A stretch of 64,000 nucleotides of DNA from Klebsormidium nitens (lineage: Eukaryota > Plantae > Klebsormidiophyceae): NCBI GenBank assembly GCA_000708835.1, contig DF237182.1, positions 62,001 through 126,000 of the forward strand, in the 5' to 3' direction. Numbering within the stretch: position 1 is the stretch's first letter; each line of letters opens with the position of its first letter. Shown here one piece after another: positions 1 through 11,000 of the stretch. The notes beneath the pieces were generated by a model. It saw only the letters and a list, made by a program, of their open reading frames with translations, was not told the DNA's origin and made no database searches. The translations under genes and the position numbers were made by a program.

Positions 1-1094
1 GTGCGTGTAACATGCAAATCCTTTCAATTGATTTCGGATCTAAGCTAGTTCGTGAAAGTTTTGACGTTGCTAATTCTTCACCAATTGCCTTCAATATTAT
101 TGTGCATGAAAACATTCAAAATTTCAGCAATCTAGGACGCGTGTCCTTAGCTGCCTGGTAAGTCTAGCGTTTGACCATGTAAGTTCCAATCGGTATAGAA
201 GTACAATGGTAGTAACGGTCGTATATCCTGAAAACGTCTGTGCACATATGCTTATAGTGGTACGTCTCCGCTAGCTTACATATAGGAGCATGCACGACGT
301 TTACTAGCTAGCTGATTCTATGGCCATAGCGATCGTCAGTCAACTTAGTGTGTCTAGCTCCCAGTCAGTACGTTGATCCTCGCAGCGCCAGGCATGTGTG
401 GCGCCTGCAATTTTTTGTATATATTAACAAGCTCCACACTTTAATTTTACGTTCATGGTTATATAAACCAACGTCTCTAATCTCCAACATGATCGATCTA
501 ATGGTGTCTTCAAAACCATCATGGGCATTGAGTATCATCTTTTAAACTTAGGCATTCTCAGCAATTAAGGCACTGATCATAAAAATGTATCCTCTTCAGT
601 GACAATTGTGACAATGGGCCACGTTAACAAGGCCAGGGCCTGGTTGACTTCCTAACCAGCATGCTGCAGCGTCGATATTGCTTTGATCAACGTATAGTAT
701 ATCCAACGCGCAAAAAGAACTGGTGAATCGGGCCAACGGCCTTAGTCGTACTGGCCATGAAGAAGACTGTTGACAATTCATCATACAACCGTGCGCATGT
801 TACTTGACACATGGCTGACTCAAGTGATCTGTACGGGCCTATCCTAGTATCAAGATTGCCCTTGTATAAATCGAAGTTTGAGGAACTCTTGACATTATCT
901 GATGCTGACACCATATTGCACACACTGGTTGTACACTGCAATCATGATGGTCTCTTTCCACACGCCGTAGCCATGATGCACTTCGGCTTTAAGATCTTTT
1001 CCATTAGCTTGGGTTCTGCACGAGCTCTTGGTGTCCGCGTACAGATCGCCAGTGCATCCAATCAGTCTTAACATGAGAACCAAAGTGAGTTTGA

Positions 1095-2445
1095 TTACTT
1101 TTTCTCTCGCTTCACGAAAATCTTTTCCAAATCTTCAGTAGCCACGTTGCTCCTGCACAAAGGGCAGAATTTTGTGCGTCAAGTCATTGAAGCTCTTGAC
1201 TTCTCTGGCCTGGTTGGTTCGAGGCTCCCCGACAATAAGCAACTAACGACCTTTTCTAGCTCAACTGTTTGAAGACTCGTACATTACACAATCGCACAGG
1301 GGCATCCGCTTTGCAACTTGAACTGTAATACCAAGAACACTTGGATCTTCCTGTTGTACATGGGAAGGAGTGAGCCATCACTCTGTAGTGCCAGATGCAG
1401 AGCCTGCATCTGGTTGAACAACTTGCATCAGGGGCATAATCAAGAACAAGTGCAGCCAACTGAAAGAAAATCGAAGGAACAGCCCCGCTGATCAGTTCTC
1501 TTACCTTCCACGGAGTTGAGGTGGAAGAAGAGTTGATGAGACGCTTGCCCGAGAAGCTGGGAGACCTCCTAACTTCGGTGTTTTTGCTTGTCTTTGAAAT
1601 CCTCCATTGTCCAGCGCATTTCCTGATCGTTTGGAGCTTTCAAAGGCAGCAATAGTTCCAGCATTTCCTAAGTCTCTTACTAGACTGCTGGCAAAAGGGG
1701 CAGGCAAGCGCGTTCTGCTCTGCGTCTCTTGCCTACTTGAGATTACAAAAAGTGCTTCTGCGGCAGGTAAACTTTGTACTTGGGCCTGCCTTTCTGTTGA
1801 CGGCACATCACTCTGTACCTGTTGGTCCGCAATCACAACTCCAAAGGGAGATGATGAGCGGCTTGCTGCGGGACCATCTGACCTGGATTGTAAGGGAAGG
1901 TAAATTAAAAGCAGTAGAAGCACAAAGATGACTCTCCTTGTGGAGAAAATGTTATGCCCTGGCCTTCAGGCATTCGATGTCAGTTGATCAGGTCAGAACA
2001 AGAAGGAAGAGGGCCCAAGAGTTGAAAGGTTTTCTTAAAGCTGCTGAAGAACTCAAAAGTAAAACGAATAGAGTAGACAGTATTGTATTTAAGGCATTTG
2101 GAAACGTCACTCGCTTGTTGCACGTGAAGGATCGAATGCTCGACAAGCGTCGCCACCCTTTTCTTCTTCAGAACCTTTCAGAAGTGCACTTTCACGCCGT
2201 TACAACAATTCATGAATCCCTTCACTGCGATCAACTTGTGGAACATCGTGCAGTGCTATGACAGTCCGAATTATTACTGTCATACAACCATTTGACCCAG
2301 AGAATGACGTGAGTGCAATTGAGCCTTACGTTACTGCTTCTGCTCCTCCTGCCTCTCCTGTTGATCGCGCCTCCGAATCCCTCTGCGCAGGATCCACCTC
2401 AGAATCTGAATCAGAGTTCGAATAAGCTGCCAACAAAGAGTTCAT
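1095..2445 (-). CDS. Small protein of unknown function (about 185 aa, 3 exons: 2445-2330, 1882-1505, 1152-1095)
   Basis: ATG at 2445 (MNSLLAAYSNSDSDSE...). GT-AG introns are phase-consistent (2,2). The C-terminus LLPPQLRGRSNVATEDLEKIFVKREKK* resembles a motif I recall from uncharacterised plant proteins; family not assigned. Confidence 0.7.
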
Positions 2446-2800
2446 CTTCAAGAAGAGCGAGCCTTGCAATCAAGTTCTGCACAATTTTTCAGACGTATTC
2501 AAAAAGAACTGGCCGTCCTGTTTGAACCAGGAGGTCTTGATACAAAAACTTCTGGTGGTAAATATACCGGTAGCTAGACCATGCTTCACGAGTGGCATGC
2601 CAAATCATGACCCATGAGGGCCATATTTCGCATTCAAGTTGCGCTGCATCGGCCCGGTGGCCCTGCATGGCATTGCAACCTGCACAACTACCATCTGACT
2701 ATAGCTGTGCTTGATCTAGAGAGGAGAGGCTCGATTCTCGGAACCCTCGACCGCTATTCCGGTTCGCATGGCTGGCAGAACTTGCTAAGTCTTAAAGTAA

Positions 2801-4220
2801 TAGGTACCTAGTTCAATTGTGGCCGTCCAAGATGGGACATGCGGATGATGGACGGTGTCGGACCGGTACGCCAGACATAGGTATACGGTATTCTTGAAGT
2901 CAACAGGCTGATTCCCGAGGCCCAGGGCCCGAAGCTCAATTGCAGTCAGACTCGGAGGATAGGTACCATACCTACCTATGTGCACTGTGGGCCACCGTGC
3001 ACTGGCATGAGCGCTGAATTCAGTCAAGATTTTCAGATCCCTGTAGAGGATTATACCACGTGGTCCCTGTGGGACTTCTGGAGTCGCTCGATCGATCCCT
3101 TTTTGAGTACCCCTGAGCATCCACGCCGTCGATTTTGATCTCCTCTGCGAATACCTACCCCGTCCTCCAGGCTCCAGAAAGTTGTCCATCGCCGACTTTG
3201 TCGCAATCTCCAGCTCCAGTCGCCACGAATATCTGCAGAGGACGTACATGGTACACGGTACCGTACCCTAATCACTAGGTACCGTAACCTGATGGGTAGG
3301 TACGGTACCTACTCCCCAATACCGTAGTCCAACGTGATCATTCCGAACGGATTTTCCAAGTAATGTTTTCCAACAATCCGACCAGGAATGCGGAATTACT
3401 TATGCGGATTCCGACCAGAATCCGAATGCCCTATGTTCATACTTGAAGACGCATTTTAGGGCTGATTTGAGCAATTTTTGGCCTTTCGAAGCCTATTTCA
3501 GAATTATTTAATCTTTCCGAATTTCCACTTTCCGAACGGGAAACCTGAATTTCTGACTTTCCGAATGCAAATAATTATTTATTTATTCGGAATCATTACC
3601 TTGGACTACGGTACCTACCGTACCTACCCATGGAAAACCCTGAACGTACCTGGGACGGTGACGACCGGTAGGTAGGTAGGTACCTAGTAGGGAGGTACGG
3701 TACCTGACTCACCTACCAGGCTAGGTACCTACCTACCTTTGTTCTTAGGTACCTACTGTAGGTACCTTTCACATCCCGTACGTACCTGCCGGGGACGCTT
3801 GTCACGAACAGATCCCTACTGTCCAGCGTCCAGACTCCACCGTATCATGCTAGGTAGGTATTGGTATCAATGGTACGTACCTAATTGCACGAGAAAGCTT
3901 GGTACCTACCGTAGATGTCGGTACAGAATGTGTAACCGTCGATGTCTTTGCTAGTCTTTCCCGAGCTGTCGATCGCATCCATTTGCGTGCATGTACGGTA
4001 CCTACCTACCGTATGTTGTTGCAACTTGCATGAAACCAAAGAACTCCGAATTCACCGCGTACTCAATCATACCGGCCGGTTCCTAGACCAGGTACCTAGG
4101 TACTCTATCCAGTGTCTAGGCCCTCTAGGGACAGCGTAAGTACCAACTAGGTACCTACCCGCGGCACCCGGCCCCGCACCCCGGTAGCGGTCGCCGGTTT
4201 GCACCTCGGTGTACCTATAT
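2801..4220. repeat. Intergenic island saturated with TAGGTA/TACCTA/TACCGTA/TACGGTA words (about 15 GGTACC sites)
   Basis: Direct reading, e.g. 3667-3690 ggtaggtaggtaggtacctagtag, 3721-3766 ctaggtacctacctacc...taggtacctactgtaggtacc, 3994-4013 tacggtacctacctaccgta. These words are rare elsewhere in the window. Confidence 0.85.
3322..3611. mobile_element. 290-bp non-autonomous DNA transposon (MITE), Tc1/mariner(pogo)-like, TA target-site duplication
   Basis: Left end CCGTAGTCCAAcGTgATcATTCCGAA (3322-3347); the right end reverse-complements to CCGTAGTCCAAgGTaATgATTCCGAA (3586-3611), giving a 26-bp TIR with 3 mismatches. TA flanks both sides (3320-21, 3612-13). The interior is AT-rich with repeated TTCCGA(A) words and no transposase ORF. 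Confidence 0.85.
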
Positions 4221-5021
4221 CAATTGTGCGAGGTAAATTTGTGGCATCACCTTTCGATACCAGCCGCTCAAAGGTTTCCGGCCATGTCTGACGCGACCAA
4301 AGCCGTCCGATATGAACAGCGGTGGTTCCTCGCCGTCAATCAGCGGCACCTCAGTGACGTCAGATTAGCTCGCCACTGAAACCGACCTTGGCGAATCTCA
4401 ATCGTGGACAAGTTTCTACGAGCACCGCAGAGGAAGGGGCACCTGAGTGGCAGTTACGCGGTAACGAACAAACTTACAGACTAGCAAAAGCGTTTCGTTC
4501 ATGTTTGGCGGCCTCGCAGACCAATCCTCGGATTCGTATTATGCCTCATGATGGCGTATGGGGCGGTTGGCTAGTACGTGGCGCTTTGGGGTCGATCGCC
4601 TCGAATCCTTGTATGAACTCAGATCGTGCACAGCGTGTGCACTCGTGGCGGCACAGCGCGGTATGATGGAGCACACAAGGAGCGGGAAAGGGAGCGTTTG
4701 GGACGACCTCGAAATGGCACGTTCAGGTTCCTCCCATCATGTCCATGTTCAGCCCAGCTGCCCTGCATGAGTCAGCTTCTCTTCGCTCCTGAATGCGTCT
4801 TCTTCGTCCCTACCTCAACCCTGGTGGCTGTTGACGCAGCTTTTGAGTGGAAGGTCGAGAAAGAGTTGCCCGGGGCCAAGGTTACGGCAGTGCATGCAGG
4901 GAGTGCCTGATTCAAACAGCTCTCGCCTCGCGAACTCGAAGAGAATGGAGTTGCAGCAGTGACCTGTAGACCAGATTCCCGTGGCTTGTTTGCTTCTTTG
5001 TTGTCAACTGATACAAGCAGC

Positions 5022-8000
5022 ATGGACCAACGACGCTATGGCCGAGGCAATGGCGGTAGTCCTCTGGCAGCCCCTCGTCGGCCAAGGACAAGTGGGTTCA
5101 GGGAACTTTCTGGTCAGTTCCCGTTCATAGTTAGATTCCAATGTGCATATAAGCTACTGTGCACCTTAAGATATCCGCTGTATCCTCCTCTGCCAAGGCT
5201 GGTTGCGGGTCGGAAGCAAAAGCATACTTGGGCAGCCTGTTGCGGGTCAGGCATTTCAGTCCCGTTAAGGCTGTAGTTCTGTGGTATCCTTGAACCAAGA
5301 AACTTGCACGTGAAGTTTATATCTGTTTGCTGGATTCTTGCTTGCAGGGCCATTGCCCAAGGATAACAGTGGCAAAATGGAAACAGACTCGGAGCTGCAG
5401 GACTCTCCTGGGTCAGATGCACCTCCTGGAAACACACTTGCCCAGGCATTGGCAAGACAAAAGAGGAAACGTCCTGGATCGGCAAGTGATCCTGGGGATG
5501 ACAGCATGGATGAGAGTGGAAGTGGAGACCACAAGGAAATTGAAGACAAAATCTCAGAACCTGTGAAAAGCAAAGAGGCGGCGAGCATACAGGTATGACT
5601 TTCAGGCTTTTTGCCTGAGATGCGAATGTTCTCATTTTTGCCAATGTCATGGCTGTGCAATGATCCAGTGGTTTACTCCATGATGTTCTGCTCAATGCGG
5701 TATTCCTGGCTTTGCAAACTGATGGTTGGCAACTCAAATGTGTTGTTGAACTGGAAAGCGAAAGCTCGCTTGATTCTTGTGCAGGGAGGTGGTCCAAGTA
5801 AGATACCCAGAAGAGCTCGTTCAGGTGAGTTTGGCAGAAAGACTGCAAAGCTTGTACATGTCAAAGCTTGTACACCGTTTGCTCATGAGCTGTCACTGAA
5901 GATGAGACGCAGATGGCTATTGTTCGCAATACAAGCCATGTTTGTAAGCCACACTTTAAGAGTCCATCCCTTGACAGATCTTTGAAAAGCCTTTTGGATG
6001 CAAAAACAAGTGTGCTCAACATCTATAACTTTCTTGGATTTGTCGTGTTTATAGTGTTGGCGAAGCGGCTGGATCCTCAGCATCCTGCTCGTGGCAATGA
6101 TTTGCCTGCTGTACACTATGCCTCCTCGCCGTCTGCGGCTTCAGTACCGTCAGGCAGAGGGCCCAGAGTGAGTGGACAGACTCGCTTTTGTTGGTGGTTG
6201 GGTTTCTAACCTATCTGGGTCATTGAGATGTCCTCATTATTGATTATCGTGCACTCTCTGGATTTTTCACTTAATTCATGTTTGTACAGCTCATTTGAAG
6301 CATCCTGACTTGTGCTTGCAGCGAGGCAGGATGCCTCAGAAGATGCGCAATAGCAGCAAAATGAAGAGGGTAAGTTGCTTGCTTCCATGAAATGGGACTT
6401 ACAGAAACCCAATAATGTGCATGTCTGCTGTCTTCAATCATGCACTGTAGCTGGTGGCCTAGTCATAGCCTTCACTGGAGTTAAGTATGTCTACATGGTC
6501 TGCGAGGAGCCACAGTGTGTATGTGCGGTACACAGAGGGAAACCTGCATCTGATGCTGCTTCCTATGATCACAACAGGAGATCGCAGCCGCTGCTGTGAG
6601 CGTATCTGAGCAAGAGCGGGAAGTGGCGGAGGCTCTATTTGGCCTGGCAAACATGGCAGCTCTGCAACCGCCAAGCCCCCCTGCCTCTCCTGCCCGGTCA
6701 GCTTCCCCCGTAGCCAAGTCAGAGGATGCCATTGCAAAGACAAGCGCAGCCATTACTGTTGCTGCGGCAGCCTTGATACAAGCATCTTCTCCAGCGCTCA
6801 GTGCCGATGGGGACGATGATTCGCAGCCAATCATCTCATTGAAGAGCTCGGTTCCAGTTTCAGCTAGTGCTTCAGTGTCAGCTGCAACGGAAGAGAAGAG
6901 GCAGAAATCTGCAAAGCGGGAAGGGCCCCCTGAGGACGGTGCACCATCTGCCAGTACCAGTTTACCGGCTCTCGAAGGTGCGCTTTTCTTTGCATTGTCA
7001 AGGAGCGGCAAGTGTTGTGCATGCGTTGATTTTCTTGATCTTACCTCTTGGACTTAGAGCCCACTCATTGGCGTACAATCCATGTGCCGGGGTTTCAGTA
7101 CTCGTATTAGGACTGTCTCAGTGTAGATTCTTGGTGGAAAGGGATTGCCGGGACGAGCTTTTGGTTGGGAAGTTTTGGTCACATTTGAGACGTCTAATAA
7201 GTTAAGCTCTGGCAAGCCCTGCACGCAGAGCGCTCCAGTTGATCATCGGTTGTTCAAAACAAGGAGTTTCTTTGTGCAGCAACAGCCATGGTCCCTCCCA
7301 AGCGCAAGAGGCCACGGGCCCGCGCAAAGGCAGAACCTGTCCCCATCAGCAAGGATGGAGGGGCACTGGCAGTCCTGGGGGCAGCGGCAGCGAACTTGGC
7401 GGAAGACAGCTTGAACCAGGCTAAGGCAGAGACAGAGTCTATTCTGGCTCCGGGTCTGGACGTACTCGCGGCGTCCGTAGCCGCCACCAAAGAGCTGGGG
7501 AAAGTGGAGAAGCCAGTGGGTCCCCCAATCGCGGCGTTCAAAGCGGAGAAGAAGAGGGTGGCCGCTGAGAAGAAGGCGAAAGCAGAGGCGGCGGAGAAGT
7601 TGGCTCAGAAGAAGGTAGAGCCTGCTGAGGGCGCGGAAGCCAAGGCGGGGCTGGATGTTTCGGAGGGCAATGTTCCCATCATTGCCCCCAAGCTCAAGGA
7701 GCCGAGGAAGAGAAAAGAGAAGGAGAGCAAGGGGCAGGATGGAGAGAAGAAGGAAAAGAAGAGGAGCAAGGGGGATCACGACGTGGTAAAGAGGTGAGCT
7801 CATTATGCGCTCCTCAACGTGGTCCGGCCTGACCTGGTGTGAGGGGTGGTCTGCCTTCAAGTTGGTTGAGGTGTCTGTCTGGGGCGCAATTAGTGCATCA
7901 ACTGCTGACATCTCCAATGGGCCCAAATTAAATGAGCGCTGCATTCAGCATCTGTCAAAGAATGCATGTTTCGTGGTTCTGTCCAATGGCACATGTGAAT

Positions 8001-11000
8001 CATTTGGTTGTTTCTGAAGCCATTAAGATGCAATCCTTTGATGGAATAAGGTTGATTGAATCAGATAGACCTTTTTCACTTTGGCTGATCTGACGGCCTT
8101 CTGAACTGCAGGTCTGGCCACATTGGGAAGCCAGCCAAACCAGAAGCAGAACCCGAGGTAAAATCCCTTCACACTCTCAGATGGAATGGTAGTCGTGCAC
8201 TGATCCAATTTTATGTAAGACCTTGTTCAAGTGGGAGCAATCTGAGGTACCAGATGGACAGTGGGGCAACGGGATAATGAAGAACGAGACGTTAAGGAGT
8301 TGGTGTTAACCGGCAAGTCTGCATCTGCTCCGATAGCTTGGTTTCTGATGTTACCTGCACTTACATCCATTCTCGGGCGCAAGTACACCAGGTGCTGACA
8401 TCAGATTCTTTTTCCGCCACTCAGTTTGATCGAGAGGGATCCTACTCCGACAAGTCAGACAGGGAGCCAATCAAGCCAGCCTCGCAGAAGTCTGCTAAGG
8501 CGGCGAAGAGGGAGGCGATGGCAGCATCTCTCAAAGCTGAAAAAGCTGGTGAGCACCTTTAGAATGCAAGATTGCCCACTCCTGGGTTCTCATTGCCAAT
8601 CAAATAACCTAGGATTTATGATCCGGAGTGTATCAAAACATTCCCCGTGTTGAAAATGGACACCTTCTGCCCTGGTTCATGTCTTGCATGGGAGTCTTAA
8701 GCTTCATCTGTAATCCAAGATAGGAAGCTGCAAAAGTTTCTCTCTGGATAGTTCGCGCTTGACCATCAAATCATAAGGTCTTGGAAACCAACTTCTATTA
8801 CTGCCTCACAAGCTTGCAACCCCCCGATACAATACTGGTCACCAAATGTTTCCCCTTTATGGGCCTGCTGCTTTGACTGAGATGACATTCAAGCAGTGAG
8901 CTTCTGATGTGACATGTTATTCTCCTTACACTGGACAGGACAAACTTAACGTCTAGACAAGACTTTTCAAGAGCACTCCGAGTGCCTTATCCTCATGCTA
9001 ACGTTGACCGCTTGACAACCCTGCAGCCTCTGAGAAAGAGCCCCCTACGGCGCCGTCTGTGTCCCGCCCCCCCTCAGCCCCTCAGTCAGCCCCGGCTCCC
9101 GTTGCTCCCACTCCAACGAACGCTCCTCCGAGCTCGTCCCCTGTTCCGGCATCTGCTGCTGTTTTGCCAGGCCCTGGGGCTCCCTTGCCAGCCTGGGCGC
9201 AAGGAAGCATGCCCCCAATGTGAGTATCTGCTGATAGCAAGGTGCTCCCCTGTGTCTGGTATCTGAGTCTCCAAAAGACCTTGCTTGCATAGTGGCTACT
9301 ATCTGCATCATTCCCTCAACCTTTTTCCCGTGCATTGTCATTCCTTCGTATCTCATCACTCACGTCAGGGTGCCGTTCCTTCGTCACGTGTGTGGCTTTT
9401 GCTCTTCCAGATACCTCCCAGCCCTTCGGTACTGTGAAGGACAGTTTGAGATAGGCAGTAAACGTTTCTTTGAGTTTCCAAATCTGTGCTTATTGTCGAT
9501 TCCCTTCGTTTCCAGGTACTTCAACCAGGCCATGGCTGCTGCTGCTGCGGCTGCAGCTGCCACCTGGCCCAACCAACTAGGGATGGACGGAAGGGAAGGT
9601 GGAGCGGCGGCGGCCGCCGCACAGGCGCATGTGAGTCTAGCAGGCCGGAAAGGTCTACTCGACATGTTGATGCTTGTCTAACAACTTCTTACCCGGAATC
9701 TACAATCCTTTGGAAGCAGACGGGCCGAAATTTGGACACCTTTCTGGTCTGAAAATATCTCAACGGTGTGACCCCTCCCCGTCAAGGTCTATCCGGTTGC
9801 TGCATGTCTTTTGCTGCAAAGTCGCCTTCAATGCTCTGCATGAATCTGCATGTTGTCGAGCTTTTGTGTTACCCGTGATTCAAGGTTTCGTACCGTCCTC
9901 GATCCTCCCTTCTCACATGGCTCGAATGTCTTGCGACTCTGTCTTGTCAAAGTCCCTCATCCCATCTTTCCCCCCCTTTACAGATTCCCTCCTACATGCT
10001 GCCCCCCCGGCGGCCCTGGAAGCGCTGCGCCTCGCACGTGTACATCGCGCACTACATCGAGTACCAGCAGACCCTCATGCAGCTCTCCAACGCCGGCCTC
10101 TTCCTCCGGATGCCGCAGCAGCCCCCCACGCCCCTCCCAATGGCGTTCGGCGCCAACGCGAGCGCTCCCGGTGGGGGCAGTGGCCCCTCGGTGCCGGCAC
10201 CATCTGAGACAGGGCCTGGTCCCGCTCCCTCTGCAGCAGTCAAGCACGAGAGAGGCCCTGTTGGGGAGATGGGCGAGGGGGGGGCAGGGCAGGGGCCACC
10301 GGGAAGGTCGATCGGGTCTGCCTTCCAGGACGCGGGCGCGCGGAAGCCGCCGCAGCAACCGCTTGGGCCCAGCATGCAGGTGAGCTGGCTTTCGTTGGCA
10401 ATCATCGCGCCATGAAATGACAGTGGAAGTGCTCTTGATTCTTGGAAAGAAGGACGGTGTTGGCCGCCTCGACCTGTATGCTAAGTTCGAGCTGATTTTG
10501 ACCTGCGAGTCAGGACGCTTTTGTGGAGCGGTGTTCATGACCAGCAGCTTTTCGCATGAAGCTTTGGTCTTGTTTTTGACTGACGTTTGCAGTGCCTGCG
10601 CGGCCTCTAGTTAGGTTCGAAACGGTGGACGAGCTTACCTCCCACTTATATCTGAATTGGTTTCCTCCTCTTCCGCAGCCCACACCGAAGTCACAGTACA
10701 GCACTCCCCCTCCCCAGAGCACCTCGCCCCCCCGTGCTCCGCAGGCTCCGCCTCCCAGCTCCGATCCCCCCCCGATTTCAGCGCCCCCGAACCCCCCACC
10801 GGCAGCTAGCCAAGGCAGCGGGCAGGCTGGCAACCCCCCCACTGGTCCGGGGACAGCACAAGTCACGGCCCAGGCGGCATATGCTGCGCAGCACTTGGCG
10901 ATGCTTCAGCAGAACGGCTACCCGTTCCCGTTTAACCCCGCGTCCTTGAACCTGCCCCCCTTCCCCCCCTTCTCTGGGGCCAGTGGGCACCTTCCGGGGA

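Noticed and set aside
2785-3275. ORFs 2785-3249 and 3051-3275 (-) as a possible transposase remnant next to the MITE
   Set aside because: No DDE, HTH or other transposase motif in any frame; the sequence is interrupted by the TA-motif DNA
2801-4157. 13-bp inverted repeat TAGGTACCTAGTT / AACTAGGTACCTA bracketing the island, as outer TIRs
   Set aside because: Ten of the 13 bases are the palindromic word that saturates the region; the match does not extend and there is no TSD
4767-4910. 47-aa upstream ORF before the TIC-like ATG
   Set aside because: No TSS information and no recognisable conservation; it could arise by chance
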